Assembly (NCBI RefSeq): GCF_000020025.1
Contig: NC_010632.1
Span: 180,001 to 212,000, forward strand
Length of the DNA stretch: 32,000 nt
From: Nostoc punctiforme PCC 73102
GTDB lineage: Bacteria; Cyanobacteriota; Cyanobacteriia; Cyanobacteriales; Nostocaceae
Reading direction: 5' to 3'
In this document: positions 8,696 through 16,452 of the stretch, in pieces
Numbering within the stretch: position 1 is the stretch's first letter
Layout of the letters: each line of letters opens with the position of its first letter
Made by a program: the position numbers and the translations under genes
The notes under the pieces: generated by a model
Told to the model about the DNA's origin: nothing
Databases searched by the model: none
Seen by the model: only the letters and a program-made list of their open reading frames with translations

Positions 8696-10201
8696 ATGGA
8701 TTTGAGCATTGAGCATGGGGTAAATTTTCAAAATTCTCTTTCTTCATCCTTTTTTACACAAGAGCAACAGTCTCTGGAGTTACTACAGTCTTCCCCAACC
8801 GTATCCTTTTACCAAGCTCTAACTGTAGTCAACAATATAATTTTTACTGAAAAAAATCGCTCCTTGACTAAACCTGAGATCGCCGTCCTCAAGGGTGCAT
8901 GGGAAAACCAAGATTTTTCTGAGATAGGGCAGCAGTCTGGCTATAAGGCTGGCTATTTACAGCGTCGTATAGCTCCTCAACTGTGGAACTTGCTTTCTGA
9001 AACAGTAACCAAAGGACAACAGGTCTTAAAGAGGAAAGTACGAACTCTGCTCACAGAAGTTGTTATAAACTATTATCAATCTAATCCCCACTTAGAACTT
9101 CCTTTATTTGATAGCCAGTTTATTAAAGGTCAACTTCCTAGCTCTAAACTATCCAATTTTTACGGTAGGCAACAAGAACTCTACCACTTAAAGAAATTAA
9201 TTAACAACCACCGATGCATATCTTTGGCAGGTGTTCCTGGGGTTGGCAAAACTGCTTTGTCCGCAAAACTCTTAGCAGAACTTAGCTTAGACTCTACTCA
9301 ACATTTTGATTTCCTGGTTTGGAAATCAGTAACTCACTCAGTACGCCTTCAAGATTTATTGAGCGAACTAATTGATTTAATTCAACCAGATACTTCTCTC
9401 AACTTACCTGAATATACTCAAGCTCTGATTACCGCCTTAATTAAGCATTTACAATCTCATCGTTGTTTACTCGTACTGGATGGTTTTGAGGTTCTGTTTA
9501 AAACTCCTAATTTAGAACAAAGATTAGACTATAAAATATTCATGCGTCGGCTGTTAGAGGAAGAGCATAAGAGTTGTTTATTACTGACTTGCCGAGCTTT
9601 ACCTAATGAAATTTATGCTATGAGCAAAGATGACCGATCTATCCTCTATTTTCGAGTAGACGGTTTAGATACAGATGCTGCTTTAAATTTTTTATCGGAT
9701 CAAGGTTTAACAGACAAAAACGATTGTCTTGATTTAATTAAAACCTATCGTAGTAATCCCTCAGAATTAGCCACAGTAGCTAAAAAGATTAAACATTTTT
9801 TCTCTGGCAGTACAGAAATATTCTTTCAACATAAAACTACTTTTATTACTGATGAGTTTCAATCAATGTTAGATGAAACTTTTGGTGAATCTTTGGAGCA
9901 AACCGAACGTTATATTATGATTTATTTAGCTCAAAGATTATCCCTAGACCCCGCACCAATTAGTTTTAGTGACCTCTTAATACAGATCAATTCTTCTAAT
10001 AATATATCGGCTTCTACTTCGGCAATTATTAAAGCTTTAGAAAAATTAGAACAACTATCTTTAATTGAAAGCATTAAAGATCCAAACACTAAAGAAATCG
10101 CCTTTACTTTGCAACCTGTAGTCAAAAAATACATTAATACTGATCCCTTGGGTCTAGTAAAGCCACAAAACTCTTTCCCCTCATTAGCTAACGCATTTTA
10201 G
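8696..10201 (+). CDS. STAND-class P-loop NTPase (NB-ARC/NACHT-like) with an N-terminal HTH-like domain and no C-terminal repeat sensor
   Basis: Walker A is LAGVPGVGKTALSAKLL and Walker B is RCLLVLDGFEVLF. The segment LLLTCRALP follows. The N-terminal segment LTKPEIAVLKGAWENQDFSEIGQQSGYKAGYLQRRIAPQLWNLLSE resembles a LuxR/sigma-region-4-type HTH, as found at the N-terminus of many cyanobacterial STAND/WD40 proteins. The track start at 8660 is a TTG, so the ATG at 8696 is preferred. Confidence 0.8.
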   Translation: MDLSIEHGVNFQNSLSSSFFTQEQQSLELLQSSPTVSFYQALTVVNNIIFTEKNRSLTKPEIAVLKGAWENQDFSEIGQQSGYKAGYLQRRIAPQLWNLLSETVTKGQQVLKRKVRTLLTEVVINYYQSNPHLELPLFDSQFIKGQLPSSKLSNFYGRQQELYHLKKLINNHRCISLAGVPGVGKTALSAKLLAELSLDSTQHFDFLVWKSVTHSVRLQDLLSELIDLIQPDTSLNLPEYTQALITALIKHLQSHRCLLVLDGFEVLFKTPNLEQRLDYKIFMRRLLEEEHKSCLLLTCRALPNEIYAMSKDDRSILYFRVDGLDTDAALNFLSDQGLTDKNDCLDLIKTYRSNPSELATVAKKIKHFFSGSTEIFFQHKTTFITDEFQSMLDETFGESLEQTERYIMIYLAQRLSLDPAPISFSDLLIQINSSNNISASTSAIIKALEKLEQLSLIESIKDPNTKEIAFTLQPVVKKYINTDPLGLVKPQNSFPSLANAF

Positions 10202-10890
10202 AGAAGTATTTATGCTCTTAAGAAAAAACAAAAATCTAGCTACTACAATTTTAACAACAAATAATTATGTAGAGATTTTACTCCAAAAACTGTTTTTTTC
10301 TACACAAGTAGCTTTGAATCCAGCCGATCATTGGCTTGCGCTGCACGAGCCTAAGCAAAAAGTTTTCCCCGCCAATCTGAAGATGAAGCTTCTAACCTAC
10401 TACTAGGGTTGGCTTGAGAAAAACCCTTATAAAATAGGGTAATTTTACTAAGTTTAACAAAACAGGAGGTAGTATAACTCAGATTTAAATCTTACTAGAT
10501 GCGAAAAGGTGCGAAGTTTTGTAAGATCAAGCTTGTCAACTACGTAAAAAGGAGGAACGCAGACTGTACATAAAAATTTAGGCAAAACGCACTAGGGAGT
10601 ACGCTTTGCCTTAAGGTGAAACAAACGACATATTTTAGGGCGGGGTTGATCTCGGCTGACAAAGAAAGTGGCACTTAAAGTTTGGCGACTTGAAACCACT
10701 CACTTGTCAAAAGATACCCACGCTGCTTTGCTATTGCCATTATACTCTAAAGCAATACGCACGGCCAGTTTTTGCTGACCGTTGGTAGTATTTTGACAAA
10801 AAATTTATATTTGAAATATGTAAATTTTTGTAAAAGCAGCGTCATAAGTAATTCGCAAAACCCTACGGAAAGCAGCACAAAGCGCATCTA

Positions 10891-11016
10891 CGCAATTCGC
10901 AATTGCAGAGTAATTGAATAATTAATGAATTCAGACTCATTTACTCTACTTCGTCTATGAGAAGGAAGTACGGGCGTAAATATAACTGCGAATTGCGAGT
11001 TGGTAATTGCGAATTG
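10891..11016. repeat. Hairpin-type element with heptamer-array arms just upstream of the replication gene
   Basis: The left arm is CGCAATTCGCAATTGCAGAG (10891-10910). The right arm is GCGAATT GCGAGTT GGTAATT GCGAATT (10989-11016, period 7). CGCAATTCGC (10891-10900) is the exact reverse complement of GCGAATTGCG (10989-10998). An extra AATTCGCAA copy is at 10850-10858. Confidence 0.5.
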
Positions 11017-11069
11017 ATTTAATCGACCCCCTCTGAAACTTGACAATAAAGTTATCGGAGGAATCTACC

Positions 11070-14000
11070 GTGCAAAATAACCAATGCCCAGAAGAGATGG
11101 GCGTTGGGGATCAAGTGTTGCCAGGTAACATTTGTGAATACCCCAATTATCTTACTGCCGCCGAGTATCATGAATTAGCGGTGGGCAGCGCCATTCATCC
11201 GGCGTTGATTGAGCGCAACTTTTTCCATGTAGAGGGAGAATCAGTTTATGATTTCCTGTTCATATCTGATAAAGTCCCACGTAAGAATGCGGGTCGGGTA
11301 ACAGATGGATACATTAAAATGTATCAGCATCTATTACTGGGTGGGACGTGGATTCAGTCACTTGACCCCTTTAAAAACTGGCAACCGATGGAGTGGGGAA
11401 GGATCAAGCCCAACTTTCCTCGCATTGATTGGCACTCCTGTAAACCCGTCAAATACGAGTCACCGCCTAAAACCCCCAACCGCGTTACCTACTTTGATGT
11501 CGCTAACCCCATTTGGGACAAAGTTGCAAAGCGTTATTTAATTAAGCGCTATCATTCACTTTTAACATTGCGCTTACTGGATCAACTCAATCCACTAATA
11601 TTTTGGGAGTGGGTAAAGCAACATCCAGAGATTCCAGTTATCTTATGCGAGGGCGAAAAAAAAGCGGCCTGCTTGCTCTCTTTAGGGTTTGTAGCGATCG
11701 CACTCCCTGGAATCTGGAACGGGCGCGTGGGCAAACAAGATTTTGATGAACGGTTGCATCCAGATTTAATGCCCTTGGCACAACCGGGACGCAAGTTCAT
11801 TATATTATTTGATTACGAAACTAAAGCTAAAACCAGGTGGTCAGTTTACCAGGCAACTGTTCGCACAGCAAAAGCAATTGAGTCTGCTGGTTGTGAATGT
11901 GAAGTTGCGCTGTTGCCGGGGACAGAGAAAGGTGTAGATGATTTTGTTGTGGCGCGGGGCGAAGATGCTAACGCTCTATTAACTGCGATTATTAACGATG
12001 CCAAATCTCTTTTTGACTACCAGCGCTCATATCGAGCTAAGAAATGGGGACTCAGTAAATACAAACCGGATGTCACAGTCAATATTAAATATTTGACCCA
12101 AGCACTCTGCATTCCGGATCTGGAGGAAAAATGTTCATCTGTCCCGCCACTTTACGATATTTCACAAGAGCAATTGTTCACACCTTGTGTTAGCTCTACA
12201 AGCTGTGGGGAGGGAGAAGGAAAACAAGAATTAACAGATTCTAGCTCCTTTAACGCCAAACCAAGTACCCAAAATCCTAAAAAATCTTTCCGTTTTCCAG
12301 AAAAAGGACTGGTTGTACTCTGGAGCGATATGGGCACTGGCAAAACTGAACTTATGCGCTGGTGGCGTGACCAAAATCCTGATGCCAGATTTCTCAACAA
12401 TGGACATCGGGTTAACTTGTTGAAAAATCTTGCCGAACGTTTGCGGACGGCGATGTATTCAGACTTGGGTTACACAGGTTTAGCCCAGGCCCAAGCCCTT
12501 AGTATTACTATTGACAGCTTGCACAAACTCAATACTCAGTCTCTCACCTACGGCTGCATATTTATTGATGAAGCCTGCCAATACCTCACCCACCTACTGC
12601 ACAGTAATACTTGCAAACAGCACCGTGCCGCCATTTTGGAGGTACTGGAATATATAGTATACAACGCGCCACTGGTCGTCATCGCTGATGCACACATGGA
12701 TGACCTGACTGTGGATTTCTTCCGCTCCATGCGACCACTCGGTGAAGTACCTTACATCATTAAAAACGAGTGGCGAAACGGGGAGCGCACAATTTATTGG
12801 TACGAGGGGGATAATTCAAGCGCCCTAGTTGCCCAAATCTCGGCAGCGTTGATGCTTGGAGAAAAAGTTATGGTTGCCAGTGACAGTAAGCGTTTTATCA
12901 AAAAACTCGACAAATCCTTTACTATCAAGTACGAAGAATCTAGTAGTTCGCCAAGTGAACTTGGCTCTTTAAAGGGTAAAGGGGATACTTCGACTGCGCT
13001 CAGTAACCGGGTAAAGGAAGAATTAACAGATTCCTCCTCCGCCCTTTCCCCCTTACCCCTTACCCCTTGCCCAGCCCGTAGGACTTCATACCGCATTTGG
13101 TCGGTTCATTCAGACAATTCTGGCAGTGATGAGAATGTCGCTTTCATCAAAGATATCACCAACGCCGTCAAAAACTTTGATGCCTTGTTCACCTCTCCCA
13201 GTCTCGGTACTGGTGTCGATATTTCTGAGTATCATTTTGATTTAGTATTTGGTGTGTTTCACGGCGTTTCCCAAACTGCTACTGAGTGCGCTCAACAACT
13301 GTACCGTTATCGTCCAAAAGTCCCGTTTCATATTTGGGTGGCAAAGCGTCCTCCCTTCGGTTACAAGGATACAAATGCATCCAAAATCAAAGAGCGCCTC
13401 TTGCAAACCAATGAAATGACTGCTTTTCTGTTGCGAATTGACAGAGAAACAGGCAAGCGGGGAGCGGAGAAAGATTGGGCGCTTGAGGCTTACTGCCAAA
13501 TTATGGCTAACCGCCACTATTCTCTCAATAATCTCCGTGATGATTTGCGATCGCTCCTCACCGAAATGGGCAATACATTTATATATGTGGGCAGTGATTC
13601 AGATCCTCAGTCTCTCGAAAGTCTTAAAGCAGCAGCACAAGCTTTGGATCGTGCCCACAATTCGGCTGTTGCCAAGGCCAAGAATATTACTTTGAGCGAG
13701 TACCGTGCCCGTCAGAGCAAAGATTACCTTGACCCTAATGAAATTTTTGAATGCGAAAAATTCCGCATTTCTGATTCTTACGGCATCGAAGTAACCGAAT
13801 CGCTCGTAGAAATGGATAAAGGTGGCCGCTTAATTAGAGCAATTGCTGGACTTGAGGCCATTTTAGCCCCACCCGAAGAATCGTTTACTGACCCCAAAAC
13901 TGGGCAAACTTATCCTACGCCACCAACAATTGTCACCCAAAAAGACCGCACCGAGCGCGACAATCTACCTTTGTGCATCGACTGGGGCAATTATTCGGCG

Positions 14001-14816
14001 CGGTGGCTGGCTAGATTTAACCTGGGGCTGCATCAAATTCTCACTTCTTTAATGAAGGGTGATGAAGTTACTGCCGACGATTCCACCTTACTCAAGATGA
14101 CGGAGATCGCTAAAAACTGCGCTGCTCACGTCAAAGCAATTCTTGGGTTTACTATTCCCAGTGACTGTAAACCTATTTGGTTGCTGGCCACAATGCTAGA
14201 GCAGCTGGGGCTAAAACTGACTTTCCGCAAGCAGGGTAAACGGGGTCAACAGGTGAAACTTTTCTCTTTATCTAAAGAGGAATTAGAATTTGCAATGCAT
14301 GTAATTGCTCATCGTGAAACGAAGCGTAATCAAAAAGAAAATCGAACCTATTATGCGACCCAAACCCCTGCTGCGTATAGTGTAAACCCCAATCAGCAGC
14401 CCGTATCCACACCCCCCCTTGATGCTATAGGGAACTCCCATGAAGGAGGGGTGGATACTACAGATAAGAGCAGGGGAGCAGGGGAGCAAGGGAGCAAGGG
14501 AACAGGGGAGTTGAGGGACACAGAAGAAATTTTTACAAATTCTTTCCCCTCTGCCCCCCTGCCCCCCTGCCCCTCTGCTCTCTTCACAGATCGCACTACC
14601 CTACTCCATTGCGTGGAAATACTTCGCTCTGGCATTACCAAGGGAGTGGACGCAATCAAAGGCATTCTCAAGCAATGGACTGGGGATTTGCGCTGGGAAA
14701 CGGTGCTGGAACTTGAAGCGATCGCGGCAAATGAACTGCGACTTGTCGAGGCTGCAGTACCGGAATTTTACACCTTGCTAAATGAAGAAGTGTTGCCAAT
14801 GGAGGGGGCTAGCTAG
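11070..14816 (+). CDS. Plasmid replication protein, CyRepA1 family (Toprim/DUF3854 primase-like N-domain plus P-loop helicase domain)
   Basis: Toprim-like motifs are PVILCEGEKKAACLLSLGFVAIALPGIWNG and EKGVDDFV. Helicase Walker A is WSDMGTGKTE and Walker B is CIFIDEACQYL. The size and architecture match the cyanobacterial plasmid Rep typified by Synechocystis pSYSA Slr7037. The ORF is open from the TTG at 11040. The GTG at 11070 is preceded by GGAGGA (11057-11062), and an ATG at 11097 is an alternative start. Confidence 0.85.
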   Translation: MQNNQCPEEMGVGDQVLPGNICEYPNYLTAAEYHELAVGSAIHPALIERNFFHVEGESVYDFLFISDKVPRKNAGRVTDGYIKMYQHLLLGGTWIQSLDPFKNWQPMEWGRIKPNFPRIDWHSCKPVKYESPPKTPNRVTYFDVANPIWDKVAKRYLIKRYHSLLTLRLLDQLNPLIFWEWVKQHPEIPVILCEGEKKAACLLSLGFVAIALPGIWNGRVGKQDFDERLHPDLMPLAQPGRKFIILFDYETKAKTRWSVYQATVRTAKAIESAGCECEVALLPGTEKGVDDFVVARGEDANALLTAIINDAKSLFDYQRSYRAKKWGLSKYKPDVTVNIKYLTQALCIPDLEEKCSSVPPLYDISQEQLFTPCVSSTSCGEGEGKQELTDSSSFNAKPSTQNPKKSFRFPEKGLVVLWSDMGTGKTELMRWWRDQNPDARFLNNGHRVNLLKNLAERLRTAMYSDLGYTGLAQAQALSITIDSLHKLNTQSLTYGCIFIDEACQYLTHLLHSNTCKQHRAAILEVLEYIVYNAPLVVIADAHMDDLTVDFFRSMRPLGEVPYIIKNEWRNGERTIYWYEGDNSSALVAQISAALMLGEKVMVASDSKRFIKKLDKSFTIKYEESSSSPSELGSLKGKGDTSTALSNRVKEELTDSSSALSPLPLTPCPARRTSYRIWSVHSDNSGSDENVAFIKDITNAVKNFDALFTSPSLGTGVDISEYHFDLVFGVFHGVSQTATECAQQLYRYRPKVPFHIWVAKRPPFGYKDTNASKIKERLLQTNEMTAFLLRIDRETGKRGAEKDWALEAYCQIMANRHYSLNNLRDDLRSLLTEMGNTFIYVGSDSDPQSLESLKAAAQALDRAHNSAVAKAKNITLSEYRARQSKDYLDPNEIFECEKFRISDSYGIEVTESLVEMDKGGRLIRAIAGLEAILAPPEESFTDPKTGQTYPTPPTIVTQKDRTERDNLPLCIDWGNYSARWLARFNLGLHQILTSLMKGDEVTADDSTLLKMTEIAKNCAAHVKAILGFTIPSDCKPIWLLATMLEQLGLKLTFRKQGKRGQQVKLFSLSKEELEFAMHVIAHRETKRNQKENRTYYATQTPAAYSVNPNQQPVSTPPLDAIGNSHEGGVDTTDKSRGAGEQGSKGTGELRDTEEIFTNSFPSAPLPPCPSALFTDRTTLLHCVEILRSGITKGVDAIKGILKQWTGDLRWETVLELEAIAANELRLVEAAVPEFYTLLNEEVLPMEGAS
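12966..13072. repeat. In-frame small inverted-repeat insertion inside the rep gene (G-rich arm ... C-rich arm)
   Basis: The left arm is CTTTAAAGGGTAAAGGGGATA and the right arm is CCCTTTCCCCCTTACCCCTTACCCCTTGCCC; they are imperfectly complementary. The element contains the 16-nt core AAGAATTAACAGATTC (13018-13033). That core also occurs at 12226-12241. The element is translated as low-complexity ...KGKGDTSTALSNRVKEELTDSSSALSPLPLTPCP... Confidence 0.5.
14468..14580. repeat. In-frame G-rich/C-rich hairpin element inside the 3' part of the rep gene
   Basis: The left arm is GAGCAGGGGAGCAGGGGAGCAAGGGAGCAAGGGAACAGGGGAG (14468-14510). The right arm is CCCCTCTGCCCCCCTGCCCCCCTGCCCCTCTGCTC (14546-14580). 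The loop is 35 nt. It is translated as GAGEQGSKGTGELRDTEEIFTNSFPSAPLPPCPSAL without breaking the frame. Confidence 0.55.
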
Positions 14817-14926
14817 ATAAAAAATCTCTTTGGCATTTGAAAGCTGTTTCTTGTTTCGTTTCCAGTAGCAATTGATATTACTGGTTCCAATTTCTGCTGG
14901 ATTTTCGCAAGTCATCTGCATAAATC

Positions 14927-15856
14927 TCAAATATCCATCAAGTTCATAGCACTGCTGTCATTAGGTCTAGCCTTGAGATAGCGATCGGTGATGGCTAAAT
15001 TGGCATGACCCAAAGTTTCTTTCACCAATACAGGATTAGTTCCGCGCTCAATTGCGTGAGATCCATGAGCATGACGTAACCAGTGTGCCGAAACCAGTTC
15101 GCTTAATCCGGCTTCGAGTGCAATCGCTTTTACAATCGGGTGCAAGTTTTGACGGTCTAAATGTCCCCCCTTTTGACTTGGAAACACTGCTTGATTGGAG
15201 TGAGCATTATCTTTGAACTCGATTAATTCCGCCCAAAGCTTCGGCTTGATGAGAATTGTCCGATTTTTGCTGCCCTTGGCTTTACGAACATACACCTGAC
15301 CACTGTCGCCACGGGGTGTCAAATCTCCCCATGTTAACTCACAAATTTCACTTGCCCGTAACCCTGCTTGATACAGGAGTTTGATAATTAACAGATTACG
15401 TAGGGCTGTGTACTGCCGCTTAGGAGTTTTAGCATCAGTTAAATGCTTAGAAGCTGCTCTTACCAACAATTTAATATCAGCTTCATCGAGATAGCGTTCG
15501 TTGATTACATCTGGCAATTCACCCAGTTTTAGTGCCATACCTACATTAAAAGGGAGATATCCAATTTTATGAGCGAAACTAATCAAGCTTTTAGCAGCAG
15601 CAATGTATATCCGCTTTGTGCTTTCGGCATTGCCCCCAAAAGAACTAGCGTATTCTACCAAGTCTTCATAAGTCACTTTTTTGAGCGGCTTGTCCAGAAA
15701 ATCCAGAAATCGCCTAGTGTATCGCTGGTAAGCCCGAATAGAAGACGACGCTTTTCCCTCTAACCACAGCGCAATCAACTTCGCCTCCGCCTGCGCTACT
15801 GGCAAGGAAGCGATCGCCTTTCTATGCGCTGTTATGTGGACAAGAGAGAGGGTCAT
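14927..15856 (-). CDS. Tyrosine site-specific recombinase (XerC/XerD / phage-integrase family)
   Basis: The N-terminal SAM-like core-binding region contains SIRAYQRYTRRFLDFL. Catalytic signatures are GLRASEICELTWGDL (Arg), HWLRHAHGSHAI (H-x-x-R) and LGHANLAITDRYL (His, and the Tyr nucleophile). The ATG at 15856 is preceded by a GGGAG Shine-Dalgarno-like sequence. The track start at 15886 is a TTG. Confidence 0.9.
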   Translation of the reverse strand: MTLSLVHITAHRKAIASLPVAQAEAKLIALWLEGKASSSIRAYQRYTRRFLDFLDKPLKKVTYEDLVEYASSFGGNAESTKRIYIAAAKSLISFAHKIGYLPFNVGMALKLGELPDVINERYLDEADIKLLVRAASKHLTDAKTPKRQYTALRNLLIIKLLYQAGLRASEICELTWGDLTPRGDSGQVYVRKAKGSKNRTILIKPKLWAELIEFKDNAHSNQAVFPSQKGGHLDRQNLHPIVKAIALEAGLSELVSAHWLRHAHGSHAIERGTNPVLVKETLGHANLAITDRYLKARPNDSSAMNLMDI

Positions 15857-15871
15857 TTTTATTACTCCCTT

Positions 15872-15922
15872 AAAAATCAGACACAAGAGTAGTTTCGTCT
15901 GGTTTTATAGTGTCTGATTTTT
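15872..15922. promoter_or_regulatory. 13-bp perfect inverted repeat immediately upstream of the recombinase start (candidate operator or recombinase binding sites)
   Basis: AAAAATCAGACAC (15872-15884) and GTGTCTGATTTTT (15910-15922) are exact reverse complements separated by 25 bp. The spacer contains a third CAGAC-like copy (CGTCTGG). Confidence 0.35.
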
Positions 15923-16083
15923 ATTGTCCTTTAAAATGGGCGTTTCAACTCACCCTCAAGCGAATGAAAATTTCTCGATTTTTGCGTATAGTACACCTCT
16001 AATACTGAGGAGCGTGACAAACACAATACTGTTATGCAATTGTTCAGCAGGGTATTTATTTTGAAAAACCTAAAAGTAGGTGA

Positions 16084-16229
16084 AAAAAATAAACTAAAAA
16101 TGACTTTATAGTTAATAAATGATATAAGAGGTCAAAGAGCGGACTCCAAAGTTTATTTACGCCGCAGTGTACTGCTTTTTAAGCGCTATCACGCCATAAA
16201 ACTATAGAGTCATTTTTAGTTTATTTTTT
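16084..16229. repeat. 146-bp element bounded by 30-bp near-perfect inverted repeats (MITE-like, or a recombination/partition site)
   Basis: The left arm is AAAAAATAAACTAAAAATGACTTTATAGTT (16084-16113). The reverse complement of the right arm AACTATAGAGTCATTTTTAGTTTATTTTTT (16200-16229) differs from it at one position. The spacer is 86 bp. Confidence 0.55.
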
Positions 16230-16452
16230 GAGAGTGGTTTGATTGCTTTGTATTTAAGACACTTTTTTTCTAGAACCGCAAACGGGAGCTAGAGAAGTAG
16301 TTTCTCAAGAATTGCCAAGGCACTTACCAGTAATGAAATGCCCCGCCGTCACTTACCAGACACGGGGCGAAAGCACAGCTAGCTACCAGATTTCTCACTC
16401 TTGATTGAGAGCAACAACCGCAAGCCGGGTGAAATTGTTAAGTTGAACATTT

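Noticed and set aside
10212-10406. 64-aa ORF downstream of the STAND gene
   Set aside because: It has no motifs, low-complexity AT-rich codons and no convincing RBS. It is most likely a chance ORF in intergenic DNA.
10793-10822. TTGACA followed 17-18 nt later by ATATGT/TATGTA as the rep promoter
   Set aside because: The -10 match is weak, the DNA is AT-rich enough that such matches are expected by chance, and the site is 250 nt or more from the start codon. It is not reported as a feature.
11305-14671. Multiple 60-100 aa ORFs overlapping the rep gene on both strands
   Set aside because: They are embedded in a 1250-codon ORF with clear primase/helicase motifs. Several simply translate the G-rich/C-rich repeat arms.
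14860-14885. CCAGTA...TACTGG hairpin between the convergent rep and recombinase genes as a bidirectional terminator
   Set aside because: It has only a 6-bp stem and no flanking T/A tracts, so the evidence is insufficient.
16338-16368. Hairpin GCCCCG...CGGGGC downstream of the helicase remnant as a terminator
   Set aside because: It has only a 6-bp stem with a 17-nt loop and no clear U-tract on the minus strand.
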